Assembly: GCA_026015185.1 (NCBI GenBank)
Contig: JAOZGX010000103.1
Location: forward strand, 2,127-66,126
DNA: 64,000 nt
Direction of reading: 5' to 3'
DNA from: Candidatus Bathyarchaeota archaeon
GTDB lineage: Archaea; Thermoproteota; Bathyarchaeia; 40CM-2-53-6; RBG-13-38-9
The translations under genes and the position numbers were made by a program. This document shows positions 9,985 to 19,097 of the stretch, in pieces. Below the pieces are notes generated by a model that was not told where the DNA came from, did not search any database, and saw nothing but the letters and a program-made list of their open reading frames with translations. Each line of letters begins with the position of its first letter. Position 1 is the stretch's first letter.

Positions 9985-10863
9985 ATGTTAAAAGCTAGCG
10001 GATTTTTTGATCTTACGAGGATAAGATATATTATTTTTCTCAATATCCCTTTGTTGCTATCTGCTTTTATTCTTGCTAAAAATTTTGATTTAAGACTGAT
10101 TCTTTTTATATGCATTTCATACTTCTTTGCTCATTTCTTTGTAAATGCTATAAACGACTTATATGATGTTGAAGAAGATAGAATTAATCGAATAAAATCT
10201 GTTGAAAATCCAATATGTTCTGGAAAAATCTCTAGAAAAGAGGGAAGATATATAACAATTACGTTACCATTTTTTGCTATATTATTTGCTATTCCAACAA
10301 ATCTAATATGGTTGGGTGCAATTATATTCACAATTTTTTTAGGCTGGTCTTATAGCGCACCACCTATTAGAGCTGAGATGAAGCCATGGGGTTTTCTAGT
10401 AAATGAATCTCTTGGAAGCAGTGTTGGATTTGTATGGACTTATTTAGCAGTAAAACCGACTAATTTGAGTTTGCCTTTTTGGGTATTTCCTATTGCCCTT
10501 TTCATATTCTTCAGCCACGCGATAATTATTAGTAAGGATCTTCCCGACATGAAATCAGACCGAGAATATGGCTTTAGGACTTTTGCCTTAGTTTATGGTG
10601 TTAGAACCACTCAAAGATTCATAATTCTGAGTATAATTCTATCATTAATAATCTACTTATACCTCTTAGTGATCGGTATTTTCTCAATTATCAGTTTACC
10701 TTTCGCAATTATCGGTGCGATCTTACCATTGAAGAATATTTCAAAACCTCTTAACCAATTGACAGATCGCCATCTTATTTATCAGAAGGTGATACCTGGA
10801 AGTTTATTCTATTCGATTAGCTTAATATTAGGTTTAGCAGGAAAACTTGTAATTCCATTTTAG
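9985..10863 (+). CDS. UbiA-family integral membrane prenyltransferase
   Basis: NAINDLYDVEEDRIN (NDxxDxxxD) and a second Asp-rich motif KDLPDMKSDREYG. About 8 TM helices. TAG stop. Confidence 0.8.
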   Translation: MLKASGFFDLTRIRYIIFLNIPLLLSAFILAKNFDLRLILFICISYFFAHFFVNAINDLYDVEEDRINRIKSVENPICSGKISRKEGRYITITLPFFAILFAIPTNLIWLGAIIFTIFLGWSYSAPPIRAEMKPWGFLVNESLGSSVGFVWTYLAVKPTNLSLPFWVFPIALFIFFSHAIIISKDLPDMKSDREYGFRTFALVYGVRTTQRFIILSIILSLIIYLYLLVIGIFSIISLPFAIIGAILPLKNISKPLNQLTDRHLIYQKVIPGSLFYSISLILGLAGKLVIPF

Positions 10864-10950
10864 ATAAGTAAAGTCCAAACGTTAAGCATTGTAAAAAGTT
10901 AACTACCGATCTGACGAAAAAAAGCAACGTCCTAAACTTTCTTAATAAGA

Positions 10951-12720
10951 TTAAACAATCTCCAGTTTAGGCAAAGTAAAGGAAAATGTAGCTCCTTTTC
11001 CTTCACCTGATGACTCAGCCCATATTTTGCCACCATGAGCCTCCACGAGTCCCTTGGTGACACTGAGGCCTAAGCCAGTACCTTTAAAATAAATAGATTT
11101 TTCGATATTCACAAAAGGTTCAAAAATCCTCTCAAGATCCTTTTTCCTAATGCCTATGCCCGTATCTTTTATTTGAACTTGAATACTTTTCTTCATAGCT
11201 ACAACATTAAGTACTATTTTTCCACCTTCAGGAGTAAATTTGGAGGCGTTGTCTAACAGATTCATTAGAGCTTGACTGAGTCTGACAATATCCCCTTGGA
11301 TGGATAAGCGACCCTTTGGAACTTTCAAGTTAAATCTTTGTTTTTTTTGTTCAATGAATGGTTGAATTTCCCTTGTGCAATTCTGAATAATTTCTTGTAA
11401 GTCCATAGGCTTAATGTTTAGTTCTAACTTTCCAGATTCCATGCGTCGGACATCTAACAGATCGTTGGTTAAACTAAGAAGGCGATCAGTATTTCGCTTC
11501 ACCACCTCTAGCTCTGAAGCAACTTTCTCAGGTAGTAAGCCTACCTTTCCTGAAATAACACGATCTAAGTAACCTTTGATCGATACAAGAGGCGTTCTAA
11601 GCTCATGGGTAGCAGTAGAAATCAATCGATCCATAATTCGCATGCGTGTTTCCTCCTCTTTGGCTCTTCTCATAGCCTTTTCCGCTCGATTGCGTTCAGT
11701 GATGTCACGCATTATAATAAGTCTGCCACCAAGCCGATCGATAATACCGGTCAGAAAGGACATGCGCAAATCGTAGATACGTTGGTCATCTCCTTTACCA
11801 AACACAACTTCCTTGTTTATCTCGGTTCTATTGGAGAAGTCTTCTGCTAGACCAGACCATTCAATCCATACCTTTTCTATAGGTTGCCCAATGACTTCCG
11901 AAAATCTACGGCCTATCAATTTTTCAGTAGAAGAATTCATTTCCACAATATTGTTCTTCGAGTCCAACAAAATAACCGCATCTCTCATTCTGTTAAATAT
12001 AATCCCATGCGCCATTGGCATAATATCTGTCGCACGTAAAGAAATTAGCCTCCATATTAGTATCGGAGTACATATAGTAACTGCTAACGGTGTTGGGTCG
12101 AAGTAAGGAAAAGCATCTGGATAGAAGTATGTAATCATATTAAATATCCAAGGAATAAGCACCACCAATAGCAAAGGCGTTGCTTGCCGGCGATAGAGGG
12201 GGTTTGATTGAATTATGCCTTGGATAAATACAATGGTACCTACTAGAATTAATATATATGAATACGTCAAAAAGAACCCAAACCATAAACCAGGTTCGAT
12301 AATCAGTAAAAAGAATGGATTAATGGCATTCAATGCAATGGAACTCCAGTATAGGCCATGAAAATCATTAGTGAAAATTATTAACAAGGTAGCGATGGGT
12401 ATTACAATTAAAAGTACTAAGTTACGACGTTTCAACCAATTCTCGCGATGGGTAAGCTGTAACGCAAGGATAAACCACATAATAGGCACCATAACAACGC
12501 CAATGTATTGCGTTTTCCTAAATAGAAGCTTGATCTGAAGGTTATCGCTCCCCACCTCCAGCGTGGACGCTAGTAGCCAAATAGCACCAGCTAGCATTAT
12601 CATTGCCCCCACTCGATAAGGACTCTTAAACTTATTAGGTTGCAAAAGAATGTAGAATGCCGCTACGCTTTGTGTAATAGATAATCCTATTAATAGGATC
12701 ATGTATGATGTAATTTCCAA
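10951..12720 (-). CDS. Membrane-anchored sensor histidine kinase (N-terminal multi-TM sensor, PAS, HisKA, HATPase)
   Basis: About 7 N-terminal TM helices. ATHELRTPLVSIKGY H-box, LMNLLDNASKF, GTGLGLSVTKGLVEAHGGKIW. Paralog of 7015..8958; the shared 3' region is also highly similar at the DNA level. Confidence 0.85.
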   Translation of the reverse strand: MEITSYMILLIGLSITQSVAAFYILLQPNKFKSPYRVGAMIMLAGAIWLLASTLEVGSDNLQIKLLFRKTQYIGVVMVPIMWFILALQLTHRENWLKRRNLVLLIVIPIATLLIIFTNDFHGLYWSSIALNAINPFFLLIIEPGLWFGFFLTYSYILILVGTIVFIQGIIQSNPLYRRQATPLLLVVLIPWIFNMITYFYPDAFPYFDPTPLAVTICTPILIWRLISLRATDIMPMAHGIIFNRMRDAVILLDSKNNIVEMNSSTEKLIGRRFSEVIGQPIEKVWIEWSGLAEDFSNRTEINKEVVFGKGDDQRIYDLRMSFLTGIIDRLGGRLIIMRDITERNRAEKAMRRAKEEETRMRIMDRLISTATHELRTPLVSIKGYLDRVISGKVGLLPEKVASELEVVKRNTDRLLSLTNDLLDVRRMESGKLELNIKPMDLQEIIQNCTREIQPFIEQKKQRFNLKVPKGRLSIQGDIVRLSQALMNLLDNASKFTPEGGKIVLNVVAMKKSIQVQIKDTGIGIRKKDLERIFEPFVNIEKSIYFKGTGLGLSVTKGLVEAHGGKIWAESSGEGKGATFSFTLPKLEIV

Positions 12721-12976
12721 AATTATAGAACGTCCTGCTAAGTTTCATTTGAGTAGAATTGGTTACCTAAACCAACTAACATAATTAGATATAATTAATT
12801 TTTATGTCTAACGCGTTAATACTTGGTTTCTCTTGATATGCTTTGGACAATAGTTTTAGCTCTGCTTTTGGCTTCTGAAGTGCTCTATTTTTTCTCCTCT
12901 AACCTTATCTGTAAATGATTATTAATATCAAAAATCATTATGCGGGCTAATAAGGACATTCTCCCATTAATCAGGA

Positions 12977-12988
12977 GAGCGCGCGCTA
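12977..12988. repeat. GC palindrome variant GAGCGCGCGCTA
   Basis: 11 of 12 positions match the TAGCGCGCGCTA family. Sits between the micro-ORF stop and the HK start. Confidence 0.45.
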
Positions 12989-13037
12989 ATAGTTTTTCAT
13001 TATTAAGATATTAGCAAAGTCTTAGCAAGCACACTTT

Positions 13038-13139
13038 TCAGCAAGTGCAATCGTCGTTTGGTTTACCGCACCCGGAACAAACTGCATTTTCAATTGGCTT
13101 TCCACATTTACAGGGCGTACAACCACATGTTTTACACAT
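13038..13139 (-). CDS. Unannotated 33-codon cysteine-rich (metallothionein-like) micro-ORF: MCKTCGCTPCKCGKPIENAVCSGCGKPNDDCTC
   Basis: Hand-translated from the minus strand. 10 Cys in 33 residues, ATG start and TGA stop. An AT box (TTTAAATAAT) lies about 40 nt upstream on the coding strand. Too short for the ORF track. Confidence 0.35.
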   Translation of the reverse strand: MCKTCGCTPCKCGKPIENAVCSGCGKPNDDCTC

Positions 13140-13257
13140 TTTTATCACTCAATTAACATAGTGAAAATCAATTATTTAAATTTCTCATATGTAATCCTAA
13201 ATAGAGGATGCTTTTCTCCAAAGAGTCCAGTTACAGATCCAATCTTTAAGGAATCAT

Positions 13258-13908
13258 TCATTTTTTGTTAACTTTTTGATATTCCATGTATGAATAAATA
13301 ATTGAATAGACCGCCACTCCCAATACAGGAATAATTATAAAAAAAATTGCATAATCAACAAAAAAAATCCCTAAAAGAGCGATTATTCCCGTGATCTTAA
13401 AGAGTTTACCTCCGATTTTATGTGTTTTATCCCATACTTTTTCATTGCTTAAGGTACAGGGTGTTCTAATCCCTACAAACCAATTTCTTTTTGCATTTTC
13501 AACTAAGATTCCAGTGTAATAGAAGAGGAAGGCTAATGCTGGAATTAAAAACTGTAATAGGTTAAACCTAAATCCTAAATTCCATGCGATAGTTAAAAGA
13601 TGAATGTATGAGAAAAAGACGATCAGCAAAACCATAAACCGATTATAATATCCTCTAAATTTCTCAATATTCACTTTTAGCGGATCTATTTTGGGAATGA
13701 TGATAAAAAGCAATAATAGACTAATGGAAACAAAGGGCATTAAAAAAAGACCCCAGAATTTTGTCATATAGCCGTCAACTTGCCCTAGCTCATTCCAGTG
13801 AGAAGCCATTTTATCAGGCATTTTAGGGTAATAAAAGATCCCTAAAACAAATGAAACTAGAATTAATAGAAGAATTATCGACTCATATTTTCTTAGAGCC
13901 ATCGCCAT
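13258..13908 (-). CDS. SdpI/YhfL-family membrane protein (DUF1648-type)
   Basis: NWFVGIRTPCTLSNEKVWDKTHKIGGKLF is the hallmark SdpI-family motif. 6 TM helices. Confidence 0.6.
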   Translation of the reverse strand: MAMALRKYESIILLLILVSFVLGIFYYPKMPDKMASHWNELGQVDGYMTKFWGLFLMPFVSISLLLLFIIIPKIDPLKVNIEKFRGYYNRFMVLLIVFFSYIHLLTIAWNLGFRFNLLQFLIPALAFLFYYTGILVENAKRNWFVGIRTPCTLSNEKVWDKTHKIGGKLFKITGIIALLGIFFVDYAIFFIIIPVLGVAVYSIIYSYMEYQKVNKK

Positions 13909-13923
13909 CTCACATCAATTCAA

Positions 13924-14322
13924 TCATTCTAGGACTTTTAATCCAGCCTCTTTCAATGAGGATCTTGAATATACAAATATAACTTCCCAAGGTTCGTCAA
14001 AGGCATTGTAGAACCAATGGGCACCACCTTTGGGAACCCAAACAGAATCTCCGGCTTTCACATTGAATCTTTGATCCTCCACTTCGACTAAACCTTTACC
14101 AGAGACTATATAGGCTACTAATTCGGCATTTGGATGGCAATGTTTTTTTTCTGTTGCTCTACCAGCTGCTTTAGGTTCAATACGGGCATATGCAAAAGTT
14201 AACTCTTTAGCCCCCACAGTGCTCCCATCCACTATAATCTGTCTAGTTATTTCACCCATCTCTGGAACAGGCGCGTCCATACGGTCTTCAGGCCTAATTA
14301 AATATCTTTTCTTACCCTCCAT
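13924..14322 (-). CDS. Cupin-domain protein
   Basis: Cupin motifs GDSVWVPKGGAHWFYN and PWEVIFVYS. About 132 aa. Confidence 0.65.
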   Translation of the reverse strand: MEGKKRYLIRPEDRMDAPVPEMGEITRQIIVDGSTVGAKELTFAYARIEPKAAGRATEKKHCHPNAELVAYIVSGKGLVEVEDQRFNVKAGDSVWVPKGGAHWFYNAFDEPWEVIFVYSRSSLKEAGLKVLE

Positions 14323-14449
14323 TTTTCCCCACTCCTGAAAGTAAGCTCGCTCTCAATCTGCTATTCATATAGAATATTAGCGTCCGAGTTCTATAATTAA
14401 GAATTAGTATTAGACCTTCCAGAACATAGTACAGGATCCCGCATATATT

Positions 14450-14461
14450 TAGCGCGCGCAT
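14450..14461. promoter_or_regulatory. GC palindrome variant TAGCGCGCGCAT in the divergent intergenic region between the cupin and aminotransferase genes
   Basis: Member of the recurrent motif family, about 115-130 nt from both divergent starts. Confidence 0.3.
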
Positions 14462-14574
14462 ACCCAACATACGCTAAAGCATTATATGTAACAGCTTTAT
14501 TGTCTTAAGAATAATTTTTTAATGGAATTAAACATTCTAAAAAACGATTCGTGAACGTAAAAGGTGTAGAGTAA

Positions 14575-15768
14575 TTGTCTACAGATGATGTATTTTTCGA
14601 TAGATACGCGAACACAAGCACGGGTATTTCTGATACTGATATCAGAACGCTTCGAGCAATGACTAGACGTTTTAACCTTCATACGAAAGAATTCCATCAA
14701 TATTGGAATGAAACAAAAGAATTGCTGAAGAGAGTATTTCAGACAAAGAATACAATGATTGGCATTACAGGCTCTATTAGAATCGGTTTTGATGCTATCT
14801 TAAGCAATGTAATTGAGCCTGGAGATAAAGTAGTTGCTCTAACCAACGGATATTGGGGCGATTACATTCCAAGAGTGATCAAATCATTTAGAGGCGAGCC
14901 TGTAATCTATCAGGAAGATCCCAGGATTCCATTGGATTTGACCAAAGTCCAAGATATTCTAAGACAAAACAACGACGCAAAAGCAGTTGCAGTCGTACAT
15001 GTTGAGACAGATACAGGAATTGCAAACAATATTTCCAAAATAGGCGAAATTGTAAGAAAAGAATTCGATGCTCTCTATATTGTTGATTGCGCGACTTCTA
15101 TGGGAGGAATGGAAGTTAAGGTTGATGATTGGAAAATAGACTTTTGTTTTTCAGGTTCACATAAATGTCTAACTGCACCCGTTGGTCTGGCTTTTATTTC
15201 AATTAGTGAAAAAGGATGGAATGTCATAGAAAATAGAAAAACTCCGATTTTTGGTCAATATAACGACTTAATTCCTTGGAAAGAACCTTTGAAAATGGAA
15301 TGTGAGCCCCCGATACCGACAATGGTGATACACGCTGTCAGAGCTACTTTAGATTGGATATTATCACTAGATCTAAAAGAGATTTTCAAAATGCATAAAG
15401 TCGCTGCTGAAGCTTTAAGGTGTGGACTTATTGATATGGGTTTACAGGTTTTTCCTGATTGCTCCAGATGTGATGGATGTAATTCGAATAATAGATTCTG
15501 TAGCGATGTCGTAACGACTATACCATACCCTCAGGGAGTTAAATCAGCAGATGTCGAAAGGATTATGGGTGAAAGATACCATCTTTCAGTGACTTCAGTT
15601 CCTTATAGACCAGATTGCATCCAGTTTGGCACTATCAATGAATTGCAGATGTCACCCGATTATATTCTGAAGCTATTAACAACACTAGGATTAACTTTTT
15701 CAGAAATCGGAGTTGACATTAATCTAGAGAAGGGAATAAAAAGAGCAAATAGAATCCTCTTTGAGTAG
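14575..15768 (+). CDS. Class V (AGXT-family) pyridoxal-phosphate aminotransferase
   Basis: FCFSGSHKCLTAPVGLAF matches the SGSQK PLP-lysine motif of alanine/serine-glyoxylate aminotransferases. TAG stop. Confidence 0.8.
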   Translation: MSTDDVFFDRYANTSTGISDTDIRTLRAMTRRFNLHTKEFHQYWNETKELLKRVFQTKNTMIGITGSIRIGFDAILSNVIEPGDKVVALTNGYWGDYIPRVIKSFRGEPVIYQEDPRIPLDLTKVQDILRQNNDAKAVAVVHVETDTGIANNISKIGEIVRKEFDALYIVDCATSMGGMEVKVDDWKIDFCFSGSHKCLTAPVGLAFISISEKGWNVIENRKTPIFGQYNDLIPWKEPLKMECEPPIPTMVIHAVRATLDWILSLDLKEIFKMHKVAAEALRCGLIDMGLQVFPDCSRCDGCNSNNRFCSDVVTTIPYPQGVKSADVERIMGERYHLSVTSVPYRPDCIQFGTINELQMSPDYILKLLTTLGLTFSEIGVDINLEKGIKRANRILFE

Positions 15769-15849
15769 AAGTGTGGACGCATAAATTTTCTGCTAGCGCG
15801 GGTTTTAATTTAAACCCATATTTAGAATCAATGAATAGAAGATTTACAC

Positions 15850-16962
15850 ATGAAGATAAAAAATATTCATGCTTACGAATTGAATTGCGAACTTAAAGAG
15901 CCTCTACGCATTTCTTATAAAAATTTTGTTGATATAAGGAATATTTTGGTTCTCATTGAGACAGATGAAGATTATACGGGAATTGGTGAATCCGTTCCGC
16001 TTAAACCTCAAACAGGAGACACACAAAAAGAAGCATTCGATCTTCTTAAAAAAGCAAATATCATATTGAAAGGCCAAGATCCTTCTGATATTGAAGGCAT
16101 CCATGCCCTCCTGGAAGAAATTTCAAAGAAAGAAGGGATTAATAGCCAAACAGCGAAGGCTGCAATCGACTCTGCATGTTACGATATAGTAGGAAAAGCC
16201 GAAAAGAAACCCATCTACAAGGTTCTCGGTCAAGAACAGTTCAGAAGAGTACCAAATGCTGTTACGGTCTACATAAGTTCTGTGGAAGAGACAGTGAAGA
16301 AGACAAGATATACGATGAAAAAACATTCAAAAAACGGATTGAGTAGGCTGAAACTTAAGCTCTCAGGTGAACCTGGGCTTGATAAAGAAAGAGTGATGGC
16401 TGTGGCTTCAATATTCGATGGGGAACTGATTTTAGATGCGAATCAAGCATATGGAGATGCGAATCTAGCGATAAAAATCTTCAACAGCTTATATGATACT
16501 TTGGGATCCAGAGTAATCTTAATCGAACAACCATCACCAATGGATGACTTTACTAAATTGAAATATATTTCTGATAGATGTGAGATTCCTATCTTTGCGG
16601 ACGAATCTGCAGCCACTTTAGAAGACTTTCAGAAAATAACTGAAGAAAAAGTTGCAAAGGGAATTAATATGAAGTTACAAAGGCTAGGGGGAATATATTG
16701 GGGGAATAAGATGGCCGAATTGACTAAAGATTATGGGATGGACATGTCTGTAGGTTGTTTGCCAGAAAGCGGAGTTGGCATGGCTTATGATACTCATTTT
16801 CTAGCAGGAATTTCTAAAAGTGTTATTGGTTCGGATCTTGATACTGATTTAGAACTTAAAACGGATATAGTTAAAGAACAATCCAAAATCCCTTTTGAGA
16901 ATGGAGCACGTTTCCCTTTGGACAAACCAGGACTTGGAGTAGAGCTAAAAAATCAGTATTAA
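15850..16962 (+). CDS. Enolase-superfamily enzyme (mandelate racemase/muconate lactonizing enzyme / dipeptide epimerase-like)
   Basis: KxK motif RLKLKLSG; metal ligands in LILDANQAYG, ILIEQP and IFADESAATLED. Confidence 0.8.
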   Translation: MKIKNIHAYELNCELKEPLRISYKNFVDIRNILVLIETDEDYTGIGESVPLKPQTGDTQKEAFDLLKKANIILKGQDPSDIEGIHALLEEISKKEGINSQTAKAAIDSACYDIVGKAEKKPIYKVLGQEQFRRVPNAVTVYISSVEETVKKTRYTMKKHSKNGLSRLKLKLSGEPGLDKERVMAVASIFDGELILDANQAYGDANLAIKIFNSLYDTLGSRVILIEQPSPMDDFTKLKYISDRCEIPIFADESAATLEDFQKITEEKVAKGINMKLQRLGGIYWGNKMAELTKDYGMDMSVGCLPESGVGMAYDTHFLAGISKSVIGSDLDTDLELKTDIVKEQSKIPFENGARFPLDKPGLGVELKNQY

Positions 16963-16976
16963 TTTCATTCTAACAA

Positions 16977-16994
16977 GCGCGCACCAAGGTACCC
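16977..16994. repeat. GCGCGCACCAAGGTACCC followed by an ACACACAC tract
   Basis: Reverse complement of GGGTACCTTGGTGCGCGC, matching 22320-22335 and the 934-949 core. Confidence 0.5.
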
Positions 16995-17124
16995 ACACAC
17001 ACAAAAATATAATTCCTAATGGGACTGAGGAAGAAGGAGTAATAAAAAGTAATTAAATTTTAGAACGCACTATTCTGTCTCTATAAGAACTTTCTTATAT
17101 GCATCTTCTACTTTAGCACCCGCT

Positions 17125-18123
17125 TTATAGTTCTATCTCAATCAACAATTTTTCCAAGAGCTCTTTATACCGATTTCTAATAGTTACCTCCGTAACGTTG
17201 GCCACTTCTGCTATCTCTCTCTGCGGCTTTCTTTCATTAGTGAGCACTGTTGCAAGATAAGTAGCTGCAGCTACTATGCCTAGAGGTCCCCGACCGCTGG
17301 TTAGCTTCATTTTCTTGGCAGCCCCAAGTATCTTTATAGCTATAATCTCAGCCGTACCTGAAATTGCTAATTTATTTGAAAGTCTGGAAGCATGACTGCT
17401 ACTTTTCAATAGTGGTACAAAAGAATCCAATTCTTTGATTATGAACCTATAACTTCTCGCTAAATCTTTCCTATTTAAGCTGGAAGCAGTGGCTATCTCC
17501 TCCAACGTTCTTGGGATCCCGCACTTCCTGCATGACAAGTAAATAGTAGCTGCTATTATACTATGGATGGACCTGCCGCGGCTTATTTTCTTCTTAACGG
17601 CTTCCCGGTATATCACGGAAGCCGTTTCCACTATACTCCTTGGGAGATTTAAGGCAGATGAAAGTTTACTAAGCTGCGATAGTGCTACAGCCAAATTTCT
17701 CTCAGTAGCATCGAGAACACGAATTTGTCTCTGCCGCTTTCTGAGAGCATAAAGCTCCAATCTCTGCTTAGAAGATATTTTTCCACCTATTGATCTTTTA
17801 TCTTTCCAATCTATGGTGGTCGACAAACCTTTATCATGAATGGTGTAAGTTATTGGCGCGCCCACGCGTGTTCTTTTAGCTCTTTGTTCGTCGTCAAAAG
17901 CTCTCCACTCTGGTTTAGTGTCTATAATCTTTTCGTCTATTACATAGCCACATTCGATGCAAACAATTTCCGCGATGTCATAATCTCTCATCAAATTCGA
18001 GTTGCCACATTCGGGGCATTTCCTTGGTTTACTCTTTACCGAGATGTGACTTTTAGCACTCTGATCGGTGTGCGCATATATTGTAAGATGTGGTGCTTTA
18101 TCGAACCTTCCCAGAGTGATCAC
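17125..18123 (-). CDS. tfb: Transcription initiation factor IIB (TFB)
   Basis: N-terminal Zn ribbon CPECGNS...CIECGYV, B-finger, two cyclin-fold repeats and the C-terminal HTH (NVTEVTIRNRYKEL). Confidence 0.9.
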   Translation of the reverse strand: MITLGRFDKAPHLTIYAHTDQSAKSHISVKSKPRKCPECGNSNLMRDYDIAEIVCIECGYVIDEKIIDTKPEWRAFDDEQRAKRTRVGAPITYTIHDKGLSTTIDWKDKRSIGGKISSKQRLELYALRKRQRQIRVLDATERNLAVALSQLSKLSSALNLPRSIVETASVIYREAVKKKISRGRSIHSIIAATIYLSCRKCGIPRTLEEIATASSLNRKDLARSYRFIIKELDSFVPLLKSSSHASRLSNKLAISGTAEIIAIKILGAAKKMKLTSGRGPLGIVAAATYLATVLTNERKPQREIAEVANVTEVTIRNRYKELLEKLLIEIEL

Positions 18124-18175
18124 TTCATCCCTTAGATAAGGTATGAAGTCAGGCTATTCCATATTAACATATTGG

Positions 18176-18189
18176 GAGCGCGTGCGCTA
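18176..18189. promoter_or_regulatory. Near-palindrome GAGCGCGTGCGCTA, 53 nt upstream of the tfb start
   Basis: Variant of the GC palindrome family with an extra central T. Its spacing from the start matches the 24475, 34054 and 43065 sites. Confidence 0.3.
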
Positions 18190-18294
18190 AAGCAAAAAAA
18201 ATCTAGTATAATTCTGCAAAAATTTAATTTTATATTATTAGCGTATGCTATCTCGGTAAACTCTTATATTATTTCAATGTACATAAAATGAGGC

Positions 18295-18675
18295 GTGAAA
18301 AGTATGCCTTATTGTAGACAATGCGGAGAGAAAAATCCTCAGGATGCTGCTTTCTGTATAAGTTGCGGAGCAAAGGCCAGAGCTACTTCCACCAAATCTA
18401 CATCCTCAACTGATTCTGCTCCTAAAACACAATTGGATGCACCTAGAAAAAAGAAGCATGCTTCATTAGCCGCCATTCTAAGTTTTCTGATAGGTGGATT
18501 AGGGCATTTCTATCTAGGAGAATGGAAGAGGGGCGCATTGTGGTTTATTGCATTGATAATCATAGCGCTAGTACTTTATTATATATTGAATTCTACTGGC
18601 ACTTTTATTGCATTAATATTTAACGTTATCTGTGGTTTAGACGCTAGAAAAATCGCTGTAAAGAAATATTCTTAA
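18295..18675 (+). CDS. Zinc-ribbon + TM2-domain membrane protein
   Basis: N-terminal CRQCGEKN...CISCGAK zinc ribbon. C-terminal AAILSFLIGGLGHFYLGEWKRG is the TM2-domain signature. Confidence 0.6.
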   Translation: MKSMPYCRQCGEKNPQDAAFCISCGAKARATSTKSTSSTDSAPKTQLDAPRKKKHASLAAILSFLIGGLGHFYLGEWKRGALWFIALIIIALVLYYILNSTGTFIALIFNVICGLDARKIAVKKYS

Positions 18676-18884
18676 ACGCGTGTGCTAGTCAAGATCCGAT
18701 AATAATGATATCGTTCTTCATAACCCACACATTACGATAGACTAAGGAAGCATCGTTATTTCAGATATTATCTATTATTTACCTGACATAGGGTTTATAG
18801 AATACAAGGCAACTGAAAAGCTAACGCATTTACTACCAATTCTTAAAAATGATGAAGAATTAAATTACTACCTCAACAATTAAG

Positions 18885-19094
18885 GTGACAAAAGTGAACA
18901 ATGAATTTAAAACAAAATCTATTTCGCATTTCTGTATGTATTCATTGATTGCGTTACTGATATTTTCGTTCTTATCTGTACCTTACAAACCTGCTAGTGC
19001 TGTGGAAGAATATCTGAATGTAATAGACGTTGAAGCTCCATCAAGTATCGGTTTGGCTGAAAAATTCACTGTAAAGGTTAGATTAGATCATTAG
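18885..19094 (+). CDS. Signal-peptide-bearing N-terminal fragment, in frame with the downstream ORF across a single TAG
   Basis: MTKV...LIALLIFSFLSVPYKPASAVEEY is a Sec-type signal peptide. The ORF ends at TAG 19092-19094 and the next ORF's ATG is one codon later in the same frame. Confidence 0.4.
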   Translation: MTKVNNEFKTKSISHFCMYSLIALLIFSFLSVPYKPASAVEEYLNVIDVEAPSSIGLAEKFTVKVRLDH

Positions 19095-19097
19095 GTC

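Noticed and set aside
11576-12106. Three + strand ORFs (66-97 aa) inside the histidine-kinase gene
   Set aside because: They lie entirely antisense to a well-supported 589-aa HK and show low-complexity composition typical of shadow ORFs.
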